Assembly (NCBI GenBank): GCA_963802945.1
Contig: CAWDKY010000015.1
Location: 224,001 to 288,000, forward strand
Length of the DNA: 64,000 nt
Source: an uncultured delta proteobacterium
Lineage (GTDB): Bacteria; Desulfobacterota; RBG-13-43-22
Reading direction: 5' to 3'
Shown piece by piece: positions 21,320 to 31,069 of the stretch. The translations under genes and the position numbers were made by a program. How positions within the stretch are numbered: position 1 is the stretch's first letter; every line of letters begins with the position of its first letter. A model generated the notes under the pieces. That model made no database searches and was not told the DNA's origin. It worked only from the letters and a program-made list of their open reading frames with translations.

Positions 21320-23368
21320 ATGGCTGGGGAATCCCGTTTACGCAAAACCAGAAATATCGGCATCATGGCTCATATCGATGCCGGTAAGACCACGCTAACC
21401 GAGCGAGTCCTTTATTACACCGGCCGTTCTCACAAGATGGGGGAGGTCCATGATGGGGAGGCCGTTATGGACTGGATGCCCGAGGAACAGGAAAGGGGAA
21501 TCACCATCACTTCAGCCGTAACCACCTGTCAGTGGCTTCATCATACCATAAATCTTATTGACACCCCTGGTCATGTTGATTTTACCATTGAAGTCGAGCG
21601 TTCCCTGCGGGTCCTGGACGGGGTCGTGGCTGTGTTTTGTGCCGTCGGCGGGGTGGAACCCCAATCGGAAACCGTCTGGCATCAGGCCGATAAGTACCAG
21701 GTACCCAAGATCGCCTTCATCAATAAAATGGACCGTATTGGAGCGGACTTCAAAAACACCGTGGAACAAATGATAGAGAAACTGGGGGCCCGGCCCTTGA
21801 TTCTCCACTTGCCATGGGGACGGGAAGATGAATTTCAAGGGACCATCGATTTGTTGAGCATGCAGGGGATTCGCTGGCGGGAAGAATCTCTGGGCATGGA
21901 ATACGATACAGTCGATATTCCGGGAACTTTACGGAATGAGGCGATTTTTTATCGGGAACAGTTAGTGGAGACCTTGGCGGATCTGGACGATCACATCATG
22001 GAATTGTATTTGGGCGGCCAGCAAATTCCCCAAGCTGATCTCCTGGCGGTTATTCGCCAAGGCACCATTGACCTGAAGATCGTCCCCATTTTCTGCGGTG
22101 CGGCTCTGCGCAACAAAGGGGTTCAGCCCCTGTTGGACGGGATCGTTCACTTTCTTCCCAATCCCATGGACATCCCTCCGGTCAGCGGTCGAAATCCGAT
22201 CAATCAAAAAATGGAAACCCGTCCGCCTTCAGACCAGGCCCCCTTTGCCGGCCTGGCCTTTAAGATCATTATGGACCAGGGAAGAAAATTGACCTATCTG
22301 CGCATCTATTCCGGGATCCTGAATGTTGGTCAGGAGGTTTTCAATCCGACCAAAAATGTCCGCGAACGGGTTGCCCGGATTCTGCGCATCCATGCCAACA
22401 AGAGAGAGCGGATTGAACAGGCCAGGGCCGGGGATATTATCGGTCTGATGGGGCTTAAGGATACCACAACAGGAGACAGTCTGACCGATCTCGAGCATCC
22501 GATCATCCTGGAAGCCATTGATGTTTACGAACCGGTCATCTCCCTGGCCATCGAGCCTAAAACTGTCGGCCAGCAGGATAAGATTATCCAGGTCTTGGAA
22601 AAAATCTCCCAGGAGGACCCTACCTTTCGTTTTAAATATGATGAAGATTCGGGGCAAACGGTCATCTCCGGGATGGGGGAATTGCATCTTGAGGTTTTAC
22701 TGCACCGCATGGAACGGGAGTATAATTTGTCGGTGAACATCGGCAAACCCCAGGTGGTCTATCGGGAGACCATTTCCGAAACGGTGGAAGTTGAAGAAAC
22801 CTTTGATCGTGAACTGGGAGGTGCCCATCATCAGGCCCGGGTTCGATTACGTCTGATCCCCAACGACCGAGGGAAAGGGAATATGTTCCTCCATCTGATT
22901 CCGGAGGATATCGTACCTCAGCCCCCGATTGAGGCTATTAAATCTTCCATTGATGAATCCTTCACCTCCGGGGTCCTGTCCGGTTATCCGGCCATTGACA
23001 TCAAAGTCATCCTTGAATCCGCTCAGACTACTGAAAGCCAATCTTCTGAAATGGCCTTCCGGGTGGCGGCTTCCATGGCCTTTCGAAACGGCTGCCTTAA
23101 AGCCAAGCCGGTGCTTCTTGAGCCGGTTATGAAATTGGAAATTATTGTACCTGACGAATTCCTGGGTGAAGTCATCGGAGATATCAACGCCCGGAAAGGA
23201 AAGATAGAACAAATTTTACCCCGGAAAAAGGTTCAACAGGTTCAAGCCATTGCTCCCCTGTCCCAATTGTTCGGCTATTCCACGGTCCTTCGTTCCGCCA
23301 GTCAAGGACGGGCCACCTTTACCATGCAATTTTCCCATTACAGCAACGTCGGTGTTTCGCAAAAATAA
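21320..23368 (+). CDS. fusA: Elongation factor G (stand-alone copy)
   Basis: [24 protein letters not shown] and GMGELHL motifs. Confidence 0.95.
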   Translation: MAGESRLRKTRNIGIMAHIDAGKTTLTERVLYYTGRSHKMGEVHDGEAVMDWMPEEQERGITITSAVTTCQWLHHTINLIDTPGHVDFTIEVERSLRVLDGVVAVFCAVGGVEPQSETVWHQADKYQVPKIAFINKMDRIGADFKNTVEQMIEKLGARPLILHLPWGREDEFQGTIDLLSMQGIRWREESLGMEYDTVDIPGTLRNEAIFYREQLVETLADLDDHIMELYLGGQQIPQADLLAVIRQGTIDLKIVPIFCGAALRNKGVQPLLDGIVHFLPNPMDIPPVSGRNPINQKMETRPPSDQAPFAGLAFKIIMDQGRKLTYLRIYSGILNVGQEVFNPTKNVRERVARILRIHANKRERIEQARAGDIIGLMGLKDTTTGDSLTDLEHPIILEAIDVYEPVISLAIEPKTVGQQDKIIQVLEKISQEDPTFRFKYDEDSGQTVISGMGELHLEVLLHRMEREYNLSVNIGKPQVVYRETISETVEVEETFDRELGGAHHQARVRLRLIPNDRGKGNMFLHLIPEDIVPQPPIEAIKSSIDESFTSGVLSGYPAIDIKVILESAQTTESQSSEMAFRVAASMAFRNGCLKAKPVLLEPVMKLEIIVPDEFLGEVIGDINARKGKIEQILPRKKVQQVQAIAPLSQLFGYSTVLRSASQGRATFTMQFSHYSNVGVSQK

Positions 23369-23371
23369 CTA

Positions 23372-23400
23372 TTGACAAGTCCTTTCAATTTATATATAAA
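23372..23400 (+). promoter_or_regulatory. sigma70-like promoter for the kor-hdr operon
   Basis: TTGACA-17 bp-TATAAA. Confidence 0.7.
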
Positions 23401-23425
23401 AATAGGTTTTGTGTAGGTTTTATTG

Positions 23426-23583
23426 CAGGCTGATGAAAGAATGCCCATCTGTCCGCCGCGGCGAGCCTCATTCCTCGGAACTTTTTCGCCTTCAAAGTAA
23501 TGCAAAAGTCCCATGCCCTTTGGGATGGGTGCCGACTTCGAGCGTCTTGTCCGCCTTGAGTAGAAATCTTTTTGATCAGCCTG
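23426..23583. mobile_element. MITE (family A)
   Basis: TIR CAGGCTGATGAAAGA / TCTTTTTGATCAGCCTG; internal CTCATTCCTCGG and CGCCTTG shared with other copies. Confidence 0.7.
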
Positions 23584-23621
23584 GGTAAATAATTTTTTCT
23601 CGTCAAATTTAGGAATAAGGG

Positions 23622-23924
23622 ATGAAATTCTGGAGACTGCCGCTGGATGCCGGTTCCCACTCCATTCCGATCGGGGAACTGCATATTATTAAGGACCGCT
23701 GTAAAGGCTGCGGGTTTTGCATCGAATTCTGCCCCAACCAGGTCCTTAAAGAAGCCCCGGAATTTAATAAAAAAGGGTATCATCCGCCGCTGGTCACCAA
23801 ACAGGGGGAATGTGTCAATTGCAATCTCTGCGAAATCATTTGTCCGGAATTTGCCATCTACAGTGTCCTCAAAGAATATAAAGAACTTACGGCTGAGGAT
23901 ATTGCCGGTTCTTCAAAAGCATAG
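23622..23924 (+). CDS. korD: 2-oxoacid:ferredoxin oxidoreductase delta subunit (2x[4Fe-4S])
   Basis: CKGCGFCIEFCP and CVNCNLCEIICP. Confidence 0.85.
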   Translation: MKFWRLPLDAGSHSIPIGELHIIKDRCKGCGFCIEFCPNQVLKEAPEFNKKGYHPPLVTKQGECVNCNLCEIICPEFAIYSVLKEYKELTAEDIAGSSKA

Positions 23925-23939
23925 GAAGTCCAAACACGC

Positions 23940-25091
23940 ATGTCTGATTCAGGAATCTTGACCGGCGAATATTTTATCAACGGCGACGAGGCCTGCGCCG
24001 AAGGGGCTATCGCCGCCGGCTGCCGTTTTTTTGCCGGCTATCCCATCACTCCGGCCACGGAAATCGCCGAACGGATGGCCAGACGCCTGCCCCAGGTGCA
24101 GGGAATCTGTATTCAGATGGAAGATGAAATTGCCTCCATGGCCGCTATCCTCGGGGCCTCCTGGGGCGGAACCAAGTCCATGACCGCCACTTCTGGTCCA
24201 GGCTTTTCTTTAATGATGGAAAACATCGGCTTGGGCATGATGACCGAAACCCCCTGCGTCATCGTCAATATCATGCGCGGCGGGCCTTCCACCGGACTTC
24301 CCACTCTGGTAGGCCAGGCCGATGTCATGCAGGCCCGTTGGGGATCTCATGGCGACTATGAGGTTATTGCCCTTTCGCCGTCTTCGCCCCAAGAGATGTT
24401 TGACCTGACGATTGAAGCCTTTAATTTGTCCGAGATCTATCGCTTGCCGGTTTTGGTCATGGGGGATGAACTGGTGGGGCACATGTCTGAAAAGGTGACT
24501 ATCCCTTCTCCCGAGCAAATCCATCGGGTCTCCAGGGTCTGTCCCGTTCAGAACCCGGAAAGGTATCTGCCGTTTATGGCCGGCGCCGATCTCGTCCCGC
24601 CCATGGCCTGTGCCGGAAAGGGATATCATGTCCATGTCACCGGTTTGACCCATGATGAGCAGGGATATCCGCAGACTATTGCCACGGTGCATGAAAGGAT
24701 GGTCCGACGCCTGGTCGATAAAATCCGCCTCAATGCCCCAAAAATTATTCAAACGGAAGAGATTGAAATAGCCGATGCCCAAGTGGTGGTGGTGGCTTAT
24801 GGCTGCACCTCCCGGACGGCCCGGGAAGTCGTTCAACAACTTCGTTCCGAAGGGAAAAAAGTGGGGCTCCTTCGCCTGATCACCTTATGGCCCTTCCCGG
24901 AAGAAAAGATTCGCCGGGCAGCCAAAGGGCTAAGGGCTTTCATCGTACCCGAGATCAACTACGGCCAGATGGCCTATGAAGTGGAACGTTGTGCCCAGGG
25001 TCAGGCCGAGACGGTCCTTCTGCCTTTAATGGGCGGTGCCATTCATACCCCAGAGAACATTATAGAAGCGGTCAAGGATTATCTGCCATGA
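23940..25091 (+). CDS. korA: 2-oxoacid:ferredoxin oxidoreductase alpha subunit
   Basis: GYPITP, QMEDE, TSGPGFSLM and RGGPSTGLPT motifs. Confidence 0.9.
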   Translation: MSDSGILTGEYFINGDEACAEGAIAAGCRFFAGYPITPATEIAERMARRLPQVQGICIQMEDEIASMAAILGASWGGTKSMTATSGPGFSLMMENIGLGMMTETPCVIVNIMRGGPSTGLPTLVGQADVMQARWGSHGDYEVIALSPSSPQEMFDLTIEAFNLSEIYRLPVLVMGDELVGHMSEKVTIPSPEQIHRVSRVCPVQNPERYLPFMAGADLVPPMACAGKGYHVHVTGLTHDEQGYPQTIATVHERMVRRLVDKIRLNAPKIIQTEEIEIADAQVVVVAYGCTSRTAREVVQQLRSEGKKVGLLRLITLWPFPEEKIRRAAKGLRAFIVPEINYGQMAYEVERCAQGQAETVLLPLMGGAIHTPENIIEAVKDYLP

Positions 25092-25987
25092 AGATACGGT
25101 ACCAACCTGTTGTCCCTTTTGATCAAAAGGCTATGACTCGTCTCATAGACGAACAACATGGCCTCCATCCTGATGACCAGTATCTGAAGCCGGGCAGAAT
25201 CCCTCATATCTGGTGTCCAGGCTGCGGGTTGGGCGTGGTCTTAAACACCTATATCAACGGATTGAAGATGACCGGTATTCCCATTGACCGATCGGTTGTT
25301 GTTTCCGGTATCGGCTGTACCGGGCGGGTGGCCGGGTATTTGAATATGGATACTTATCATACCACCCACGGCCGGGCCATCCCTTTTGCCACCGGATTGT
25401 CCTTGACCCGTCCGGATCTGTCGATCACCGTTTTCAGCGGAGACGGCGATCTCTTTGCCATTGGGGGGAACCACTTTATTCATGCGGCCAGAAGAAATGT
25501 CAACCTCAAGGTCATCTGTGTCAATAATTTCAATTATGGGATGACCGGGGGACAGGTGGCCCCGACCACACCGGTCACAGCCAAGACCACAACCACGCCC
25601 TACGGCAATTCAGAAGCCTCTTTCAATCTACCCTACCTGGCCCATGCCAGTGGAGCGGTTTATGTAGCCCGCTGGACCACTTTCCACGCCCGGCAGTTGG
25701 TGAACTCCATTGCCGAGACTCTGGCTATTAATGGATTTACTTTTATTGAAGTTATCGCCCCCTGCCCTATAGGGTACGGACGACCTAATAAAATGGGTAG
25801 CGGCCTGGATGAGATGATCTATTACAAAGAAAACAGTATAGTCCAGAATGGGGCCGATCCAAGGGACGTAGATATTGTCCTTAAGGGGAAAATCGTGGTG
25901 GGGAAATTTTCCGAAGAAAAGCGCCCCACCTTTCTGGGAGAATACGAGGAAAATATTCTGAAAAAATTCAGGAGAACGGAAACCTGA
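25088..25987 (+). CDS. korB: 2-oxoacid:ferredoxin oxidoreductase beta subunit (TPP-binding)
   Basis: WCPGCG, SGIGC, HGRA and GDGD...NN.YGMTGGQ motifs; ATGA overlap with korA. Confidence 0.9.
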   Translation: MKIRYQPVVPFDQKAMTRLIDEQHGLHPDDQYLKPGRIPHIWCPGCGLGVVLNTYINGLKMTGIPIDRSVVVSGIGCTGRVAGYLNMDTYHTTHGRAIPFATGLSLTRPDLSITVFSGDGDLFAIGGNHFIHAARRNVNLKVICVNNFNYGMTGGQVAPTTPVTAKTTTTPYGNSEASFNLPYLAHASGAVYVARWTTFHARQLVNSIAETLAINGFTFIEVIAPCPIGYGRPNKMGSGLDEMIYYKENSIVQNGADPRDVDIVLKGKIVVGKFSEEKRPTFLGEYEENILKKFRRTET

Positions 25988-25989
25988 CA

Positions 25990-26139
25990 ATTTCGGATTG
26001 CAGATTGCGGAATTGCCGAAAAGGAAAGTACGAAACAAATTCAAAAGGACAAAATTCAAAATAAGCATAGCTATTTTTTAGATATTTGATATTTAAATTT
26101 TAAATTTGTTTCGGATTTCGATATTCGAATTTTGGATTT
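25990..26139. repeat. Degenerate 7-mer inverted arrays
   Basis: CGGATTG CAGATTG CGGAATTG ... CGAAACAAATTCAAAA / TTTTAAATTTGTTTCG GATTTCG ATATTCG AATTTTG GATTT. Confidence 0.65.
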
Positions 26140-26199
26140 AATCTGATCCCCGTGAGGTTTCACAATAGTAAAATTAAGGTTGCATCATAGATAAAAACC

Positions 26200-26787
26200 A
26201 TGATCAAAAACAATAAAACCGAGATTCGTCTGGCCGGATTTGGGGGCCAGGGAATCGTTCTGGCCGGGCATATCTTGGGAAAGGCGGCGGCCCTTTATGA
26301 ACAGCTCCAGGCCGTCTTCACCCAAAGCTACGGCCCTGAGGCCCGGGGCGGGGCCTGCAGTGCCGATGTGATTATCTCCAATGCGAAAATTTTTTATCCT
26401 AAAGTTTCCAGTCCTCGAATCCTGGTCTTGATGTCTGAAGAGGCCAAACATACTTACGGCCGACAGATGTCCGATCAGGCTATGATCCTGATCGATGAAG
26501 ATCTGGTGCAAATGGAAACCGCTCCGAAAGGATGCCGTCTCTATAAAATACCGGCGACCCGTCTGGCTGAAAAGTTGGGCCGCAATATCGTAGCCAATAT
26601 CGTCATGCTCGGATTTCTTACCTCGGTGGCCGAAGTGGTCGGCTATGAGGCCATGAAACAGGCCCTTTTTGATTCCATCCCCAGCGGGACCGAAGATCTG
26701 AACCTCAGGGCCTTTGAAAAAGGCTATGAGTATGGGAAAAAGCAGAAGTCAGAAGACAGAAGTCAGGAAACAGAAGTTGGAGAATAA
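26200..26787 (+). CDS. korC: 2-oxoacid:ferredoxin oxidoreductase gamma subunit
   Basis: GFGGQG, SYGPEARGG and NIVMLG motifs. Confidence 0.9.
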   Translation: MIKNNKTEIRLAGFGGQGIVLAGHILGKAAALYEQLQAVFTQSYGPEARGGACSADVIISNAKIFYPKVSSPRILVLMSEEAKHTYGRQMSDQAMILIDEDLVQMETAPKGCRLYKIPATRLAEKLGRNIVANIVMLGFLTSVAEVVGYEAMKQALFDSIPSGTEDLNLRAFEKGYEYGKKQKSEDRSQETEVGE

Positions 26788-26852
26788 AATCTCGGGTTGT
26801 TTTTATTCTGGATTCTAAATTCTGACTTCTAACTCCTGAATTCTGTATTTCT
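26742..26852. repeat. Heptamer inverted arrays overlapping the korC 3' end
   Basis: CAGAAGT CAGAAGA CAGAAGT CAGGAAA CAGAAGT ... ATTCTGG ATTCTAA ATTCTGA CTTCTAA CTCCTGA ATTCTG. Confidence 0.75.
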
Positions 26853-26867
26853 GAAGGAGTAATCGGG

Positions 26868-29321
26868 TTGACCCCCAAAAAAATACAACGAAAAGAAAAA
26901 GAAGAACTTCGGATCGGGGTCTATGTTTGTCATTGCGGATTAAATATCGGCGGGGTGGTGGACTGTGCCCAGGTGGCCGAGTTTGCCGCTGGTCTGCCGG
27001 GAGTGGTTTTGGCCAAAGATAATCTTTATACCTGCTCCGAACCGGGGCAGGAATTGATCAAGGCCGATATTAAAGAACAGCGACTGAATCGGGTGGTAGT
27101 GGCCTCCTGCACCCCACGCCTGCACGAGCCGACCTTTCGGGCCGCCTGCGAAGATGCCGGGTTAAATCCCTATCTTTTTGAGATGGCTAATATTCGGGAA
27201 CACTGCTCCTGGGTTCACCTCCACGAGAAGGAAGCCGCCACTGAAAAGGCCAAAGACCTGGTCCGTATGGCTGTGGCCCGTTCCAGATTATTGGCCGCCC
27301 AGGAAACCTTTGAAGTCCCCGTTACCCGCAAGGCCCTGGTTATCGGAGGCGGGGTGGCCGGCATTCAGGCCGCTCTGGACCTGGCAGACAGCGGCTACAA
27401 GGTCTATCTGGTGGAAAAAGATCCCAGTATCGGCGGCCGCATGGCCCAGATCGACAAGACCTTCCCGACCATGGATTGCTCCATCTGCATCCTGGCCCCC
27501 AAGATGTCCGAGGCCGGAAGGCATCCCAACATCGAGCTTTTGACCATGAGCGAGATCGAAGGCGTTGAAGGTTATGTGGGTAATTTTACCGTTCAGGTCC
27601 GAAAGAAAGCCCGTTTCGTCACCAATTCCTGTACGGCCTGCGGCGACTGCGTCAAGGTCTGCCCGCAGGTGGCCCCTGATGAATTCAACGCCGGACTCTC
27701 CATGCGCCGGGCCATCTACATGTCTTTTGCCCAGGCCGTTCCCTCCACCTATCAGATCGATATGGAACTGTGTCTCAACAAACACGGCATGGTGGCCTGT
27801 GACAAATGTTTCCAGGCCTGTGAACGACAGTGCGTGGATTATTCCCAGAAGGATGAAACCCTGACCTTGGATGTGGGGACCATCGTCGTGGCCACCGGAG
27901 TGGATGTTTATGATCCAACGCCCTTGACTGAATTCGGCTACCGCAAGTTCCCCAATGTCATCACCAGCCTGGAATTCGAGCGTCTGATCAATGCTGGCGG
28001 GCCTTCCGGAGGGAATCTTATCCGGCCGTCGGATCAACAACTCCCCAAGACCGTGGCCTTTCTTCAATGCATAGGTTCCCGTTCCAAGCGATCTAATATT
28101 TATTGCAGTAACATCTGCTGCATGAATACCATCAAGGACGCCCTGCTGATCAAGGAACACTGGCCGGAAACCAAAATCTTGGTCTTTTACATCGATATCC
28201 GGGCCTTTGGAAAAGGTTTTGAAGACCTGTTCCAGCGGGCCCGCAGGGAAGGGGTCTCTTTTATCCGCGGGGTCCCCGGAGAGATCATCGAGGACCCAGA
28301 GACCAACGGTCTGACCTTGATCGGTGAGGATACGCTCCTTTCCCAGCTCTACCGCTATGAAGTGGATATGGCCATCCTTTCCGTGGGAATCGAACCGAGG
28401 AAAGACAGTCCGGTCATCCAGCGGCTTTTAAATATCTCCTGTGCAGCCGATGGTTTTTTCCTTGAGGCTCATCCCAAACTCCGCCCGGTGGATACCCCTA
28501 CCAGTGGGATCTTTCTGGCCGGTTGTGCCGAAGGCCCAAAAGACATCAAGGATTCGGTCACCCAGGCCAGTGCGGCCGCTTCCCGGGCCAATATTTTGAT
28601 GGCCCAGGGGAAGGTCAATGTGGAGGCTATTACCGCTGTCGTTGATGAAACGCTCTGTCAAGGATGCGGTCTGTGTGTTAAGGTCTGTCCTTTTTCGGCC
28701 ATTCGGGAGGACCCGGAAACCAAGATCGTCCAAGTGACCCAGGCCTCCTGCGCCGGATGCGGAACCTGTGTGGCTGAGTGCCCCTTTTCGGCCATCACGC
28801 AAAGGCATTTTACCGATCAACAGATCTATGCCCAGATCGATGCCGTCACAGAAGAAGCACCGGAGACCAAAGCCGTAGCCTTTTGCTGCAACTGGTGCTC
28901 TTATGCCGGGGCGGATTTTGCCGGCGTCAGCCGTGTGCAATATCCTACCCCCATTCGGATCATCCGCACCATGTGCTCCGGAAGGATCAGTACCGATTTT
29001 ATTGAATACGCTTTCCGCAAGGGTGCGGCTGCGGTCCTGGTTTCCGGTTGTCACATCGGAGACTGCCATTATATCAACGCCAATCACCAGACCGAAAAAA
29101 GGGTGAATCGTGTCTGGAAAAAAATGGAACGTTTAGGATTGGACAAAAACCGTCTCCAACTTGCTTGGATCAGTGCAGCCGAAGGCAATCTTTTCGCCAG
29201 GAAGATGAAGGAAATGGATGAGATCATAAAAGGAGTCAGGGCCGAGGAGATTGAAAAGACCAAACAGGTCCTGGTCCCGAAGAAAAAAGGAAAAGGGGAA
29301 AAGCCGGAACCTAAAGATTAA
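26868..29321 (+). CDS. hdrA: Heterodisulfide reductase subunit A fused to a C-terminal MvhD [2Fe-2S] domain
   Basis: GVYVCHCGLNI, ANIREHC, GGGVAG FAD site, KTFPTMDCSICIL, ferredoxin motifs; CCNWCSYAGAD, MCSGR and SGCHIGDCHY (MvhD). Confidence 0.92.
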   Translation: MTPKKIQRKEKEELRIGVYVCHCGLNIGGVVDCAQVAEFAAGLPGVVLAKDNLYTCSEPGQELIKADIKEQRLNRVVVASCTPRLHEPTFRAACEDAGLNPYLFEMANIREHCSWVHLHEKEAATEKAKDLVRMAVARSRLLAAQETFEVPVTRKALVIGGGVAGIQAALDLADSGYKVYLVEKDPSIGGRMAQIDKTFPTMDCSICILAPKMSEAGRHPNIELLTMSEIEGVEGYVGNFTVQVRKKARFVTNSCTACGDCVKVCPQVAPDEFNAGLSMRRAIYMSFAQAVPSTYQIDMELCLNKHGMVACDKCFQACERQCVDYSQKDETLTLDVGTIVVATGVDVYDPTPLTEFGYRKFPNVITSLEFERLINAGGPSGGNLIRPSDQQLPKTVAFLQCIGSRSKRSNIYCSNICCMNTIKDALLIKEHWPETKILVFYIDIRAFGKGFEDLFQRARREGVSFIRGVPGEIIEDPETNGLTLIGEDTLLSQLYRYEVDMAILSVGIEPRKDSPVIQRLLNISCAADGFFLEAHPKLRPVDTPTSGIFLAGCAEGPKDIKDSVTQASAAASRANILMAQGKVNVEAITAVVDETLCQGCGLCVKVCPFSAIREDPETKIVQVTQASCAGCGTCVAECPFSAITQRHFTDQQIYAQIDAVTEEAPETKAVAFCCNWCSYAGADFAGVSRVQYPTPIRIIRTMCSGRISTDFIEYAFRKGAAAVLVSGCHIGDCHYINANHQTEKRVNRVWKKMERLGLDKNRLQLAWISAAEGNLFARKMKEMDEIIKGVRAEEIEKTKQVLVPKKKGKGEKPEPKD

Positions 29322-29340
29322 ATCATTGGGAATCCTTTAA

Positions 29341-29808
29341 ATGATCAAAAGTATATGGGAACTTTTTAATAAGGAAGACCTTTTTGAATGTTACCAGTGC
29401 GCCCGCTGTACAGGCAGTTGCCCGGCGGCCATGGTGCTGAAATGCTATGGGCCCCGGGAAACCCTGCTTCGCTGCCTGAATTTGGGTCAGGAAGCGGTTA
29501 TTACCGACGAACGGATCTGGTACTGTACCACCTGCCAGGTCTGTGAAGACCGCTGTCCCCAGGAAATCAATATCTCCGAATTATTGACGGCCATTTTTAA
29601 CCTGGCGGCTCAGCGCGGCAATCTTCCTGAAAAAATAAAATTTAGTGCGGATATGATCGCCAAGACCGGCCGAAGTCTGATTGTCAACGAAAAGGTTATG
29701 AAGGACCGAAAGAAACTGGCCTTGCCTCCTTTGGAGCCTTTAAACCTCGAGGAAATAGAAGGGATTTTGAAGAAAACGGGGCTTAATGAAGAAATAGAAT
29801 TGGGTTAA
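29341..29808 (+). CDS. hdrC: Heterodisulfide reductase subunit C
   Basis: CYQCARCTGSCP and WYCTTCQVCEDRCP. Confidence 0.88.
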   Translation: MIKSIWELFNKEDLFECYQCARCTGSCPAAMVLKCYGPRETLLRCLNLGQEAVITDERIWYCTTCQVCEDRCPQEINISELLTAIFNLAAQRGNLPEKIKFSADMIAKTGRSLIVNEKVMKDRKKLALPPLEPLNLEEIEGILKKTGLNEEIELG

Positions 29809-29936
29809 AGATGACTTCGTAAAAAATCTATCTGCGGTGCTGCGCTTCATCCTTCGTTATTGCGACGTACTTCTATGTACGCTCATTCATCAGGGCTTGT
29901 GCACCTTGCATCTGGATCTTTTTTCAAAGTCATCTT
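29808..29936. mobile_element. MITE (family A) between hdrC and hdrB
   Basis: TIR AAGATGACTTCGTAAAAA / TTTTTTCAAAGTCATCTT; core TGTACGCTCATTCATCAGG..CCTTGCATCTGG. Confidence 0.75.
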
Positions 29937-29964
29937 GCTTTTAATCTTTAAGAGATATTCGATA

Positions 29965-30864
29965 ATGAAATATGCATTTTTTTTAGGATGTGTCATCCCG
30001 GTCAAATATCCGGGATTTGAAAAGGCCACCCGGGAAGTGATGAAGGCCCTGGATATTGAACTGGTGGATATTCCTTTTTCCTGCTGTCCGGCCCCCACCA
30101 CTATGAAGCTGACCCATTACGATACCTGGTTGGCCCTGGCTGCCCGCAATCTCTGCCTGGCCGAAGAGGCCGGGCTTCCGATATTGGCTATGTGCAACGG
30201 CTGTATCAATACCCTGAAGGAAGTCAACCTGATTTTAAAAGAGGACCTTCAAAGACGCAACCAGGTCAATCAGGCCTTGGAAGGGTCCGGCCATTTTTTT
30301 AAAGGGACCATTGAGGTGAAACATCTTCTGGATGTACTTTATAAAGAAATCGGATTGGAGCGAATCGCCGAGAAGGTCTGGCATCCTTTGGACGGGATAA
30401 GGATCGGATGTCATTACGGCTGTCATCTATACCGTCCTCCCAGACTCATGTATCCTGATGAGCTGTCGGAAGCGGCCAGCTATGTACCGGTCAGTATGGA
30501 TCAAATCCTGGAGGTGTTGGGGGCCAAGCCGACCCAATATTCCAGAAAATTTCTTTGCTGCGGGTCGGCCTTGGGGACCAACATTGATGCCCAGGCGGCT
30601 AATGAGATCACCCGGGAAAAATTGCAACATATGAAAAAACATCGTATAGAGGCCGTGGCCGTGTCCTGTCCATCCTGTTTTTCCCAGTTCGACCGGGGCC
30701 AAATGATGCTGGAAAGAAAACATCATGACGGCTTTGGCTTACCCACTTTCTTTATTTCCCAGCTCCTTGGCCTGGCCTTCGGCCTGGACCGGGCCAATCT
30801 CGGACTGGGAGACCATCGCATCAGTCTCCAGCCCATTCTGGATCGGATCGGGCGGTCTTCTTGA
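29965..30864 (+). CDS. hdrB: Heterodisulfide reductase subunit B
   Basis: MKYAFFLGC, CCP, ARNL, CNGC, HYGCH, CCG and CPSC (two CCG domains). Confidence 0.9.
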   Translation: MKYAFFLGCVIPVKYPGFEKATREVMKALDIELVDIPFSCCPAPTTMKLTHYDTWLALAARNLCLAEEAGLPILAMCNGCINTLKEVNLILKEDLQRRNQVNQALEGSGHFFKGTIEVKHLLDVLYKEIGLERIAEKVWHPLDGIRIGCHYGCHLYRPPRLMYPDELSEAASYVPVSMDQILEVLGAKPTQYSRKFLCCGSALGTNIDAQAANEITREKLQHMKKHRIEAVAVSCPSCFSQFDRGQMMLERKHHDGFGLPTFFISQLLGLAFGLDRANLGLGDHRISLQPILDRIGRSS

Positions 30865-30889
30865 CAAAAGGGAAATAAATTCCTATATT
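30861..30889 (+). promoter_or_regulatory. sigma70-like promoter upstream of the HesB-like gene
   Basis: TTGACA-17 bp-TATATT, overlapping the hdrB stop. Confidence 0.65.
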
Positions 30890-31069
30890 AAAAACCAACC
30901 AAAGATATTTGAATGATTTATCCTTAATTCTGAGACGAATTAAAGAGAGAAAATAGGTTGGAGTAATGGAGCGATGGAATAATGGTTTAAAAACAAATAC
31001 TCCATCACTCCAATGGATTATAAATAAGAATCTCTATAAAAATTTTTAATATTATCGAAAGGAAATTTA

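Noticed and set aside
23385-23783. 132-aa minus-strand ORF
   Set aside because: Antisense to korD and reads through a MITE
26742-26852. Possible CRISPR array in the short repeats
   Set aside because: Units are 7-8 bp with no unique spacers, and no cas genes are present
27288-29087. Long antisense ORFs (290 aa, 219 aa) over hdrA, and similar ones over fusA, korA and yebC
   Set aside because: Shadow frames of well-supported genes, with no motifs or RBS
26868-29321. Selenocysteine in HdrA/MvhD
   Set aside because: The ORF is open for 817 aa with Cys at the relevant motifs
29860-29964. N-terminal extension of hdrB (likewise 40699-40845 and 3403-3480)
   Set aside because: Extensions are read-through of repeat elements; family-like sequence starts at downstream ATGs
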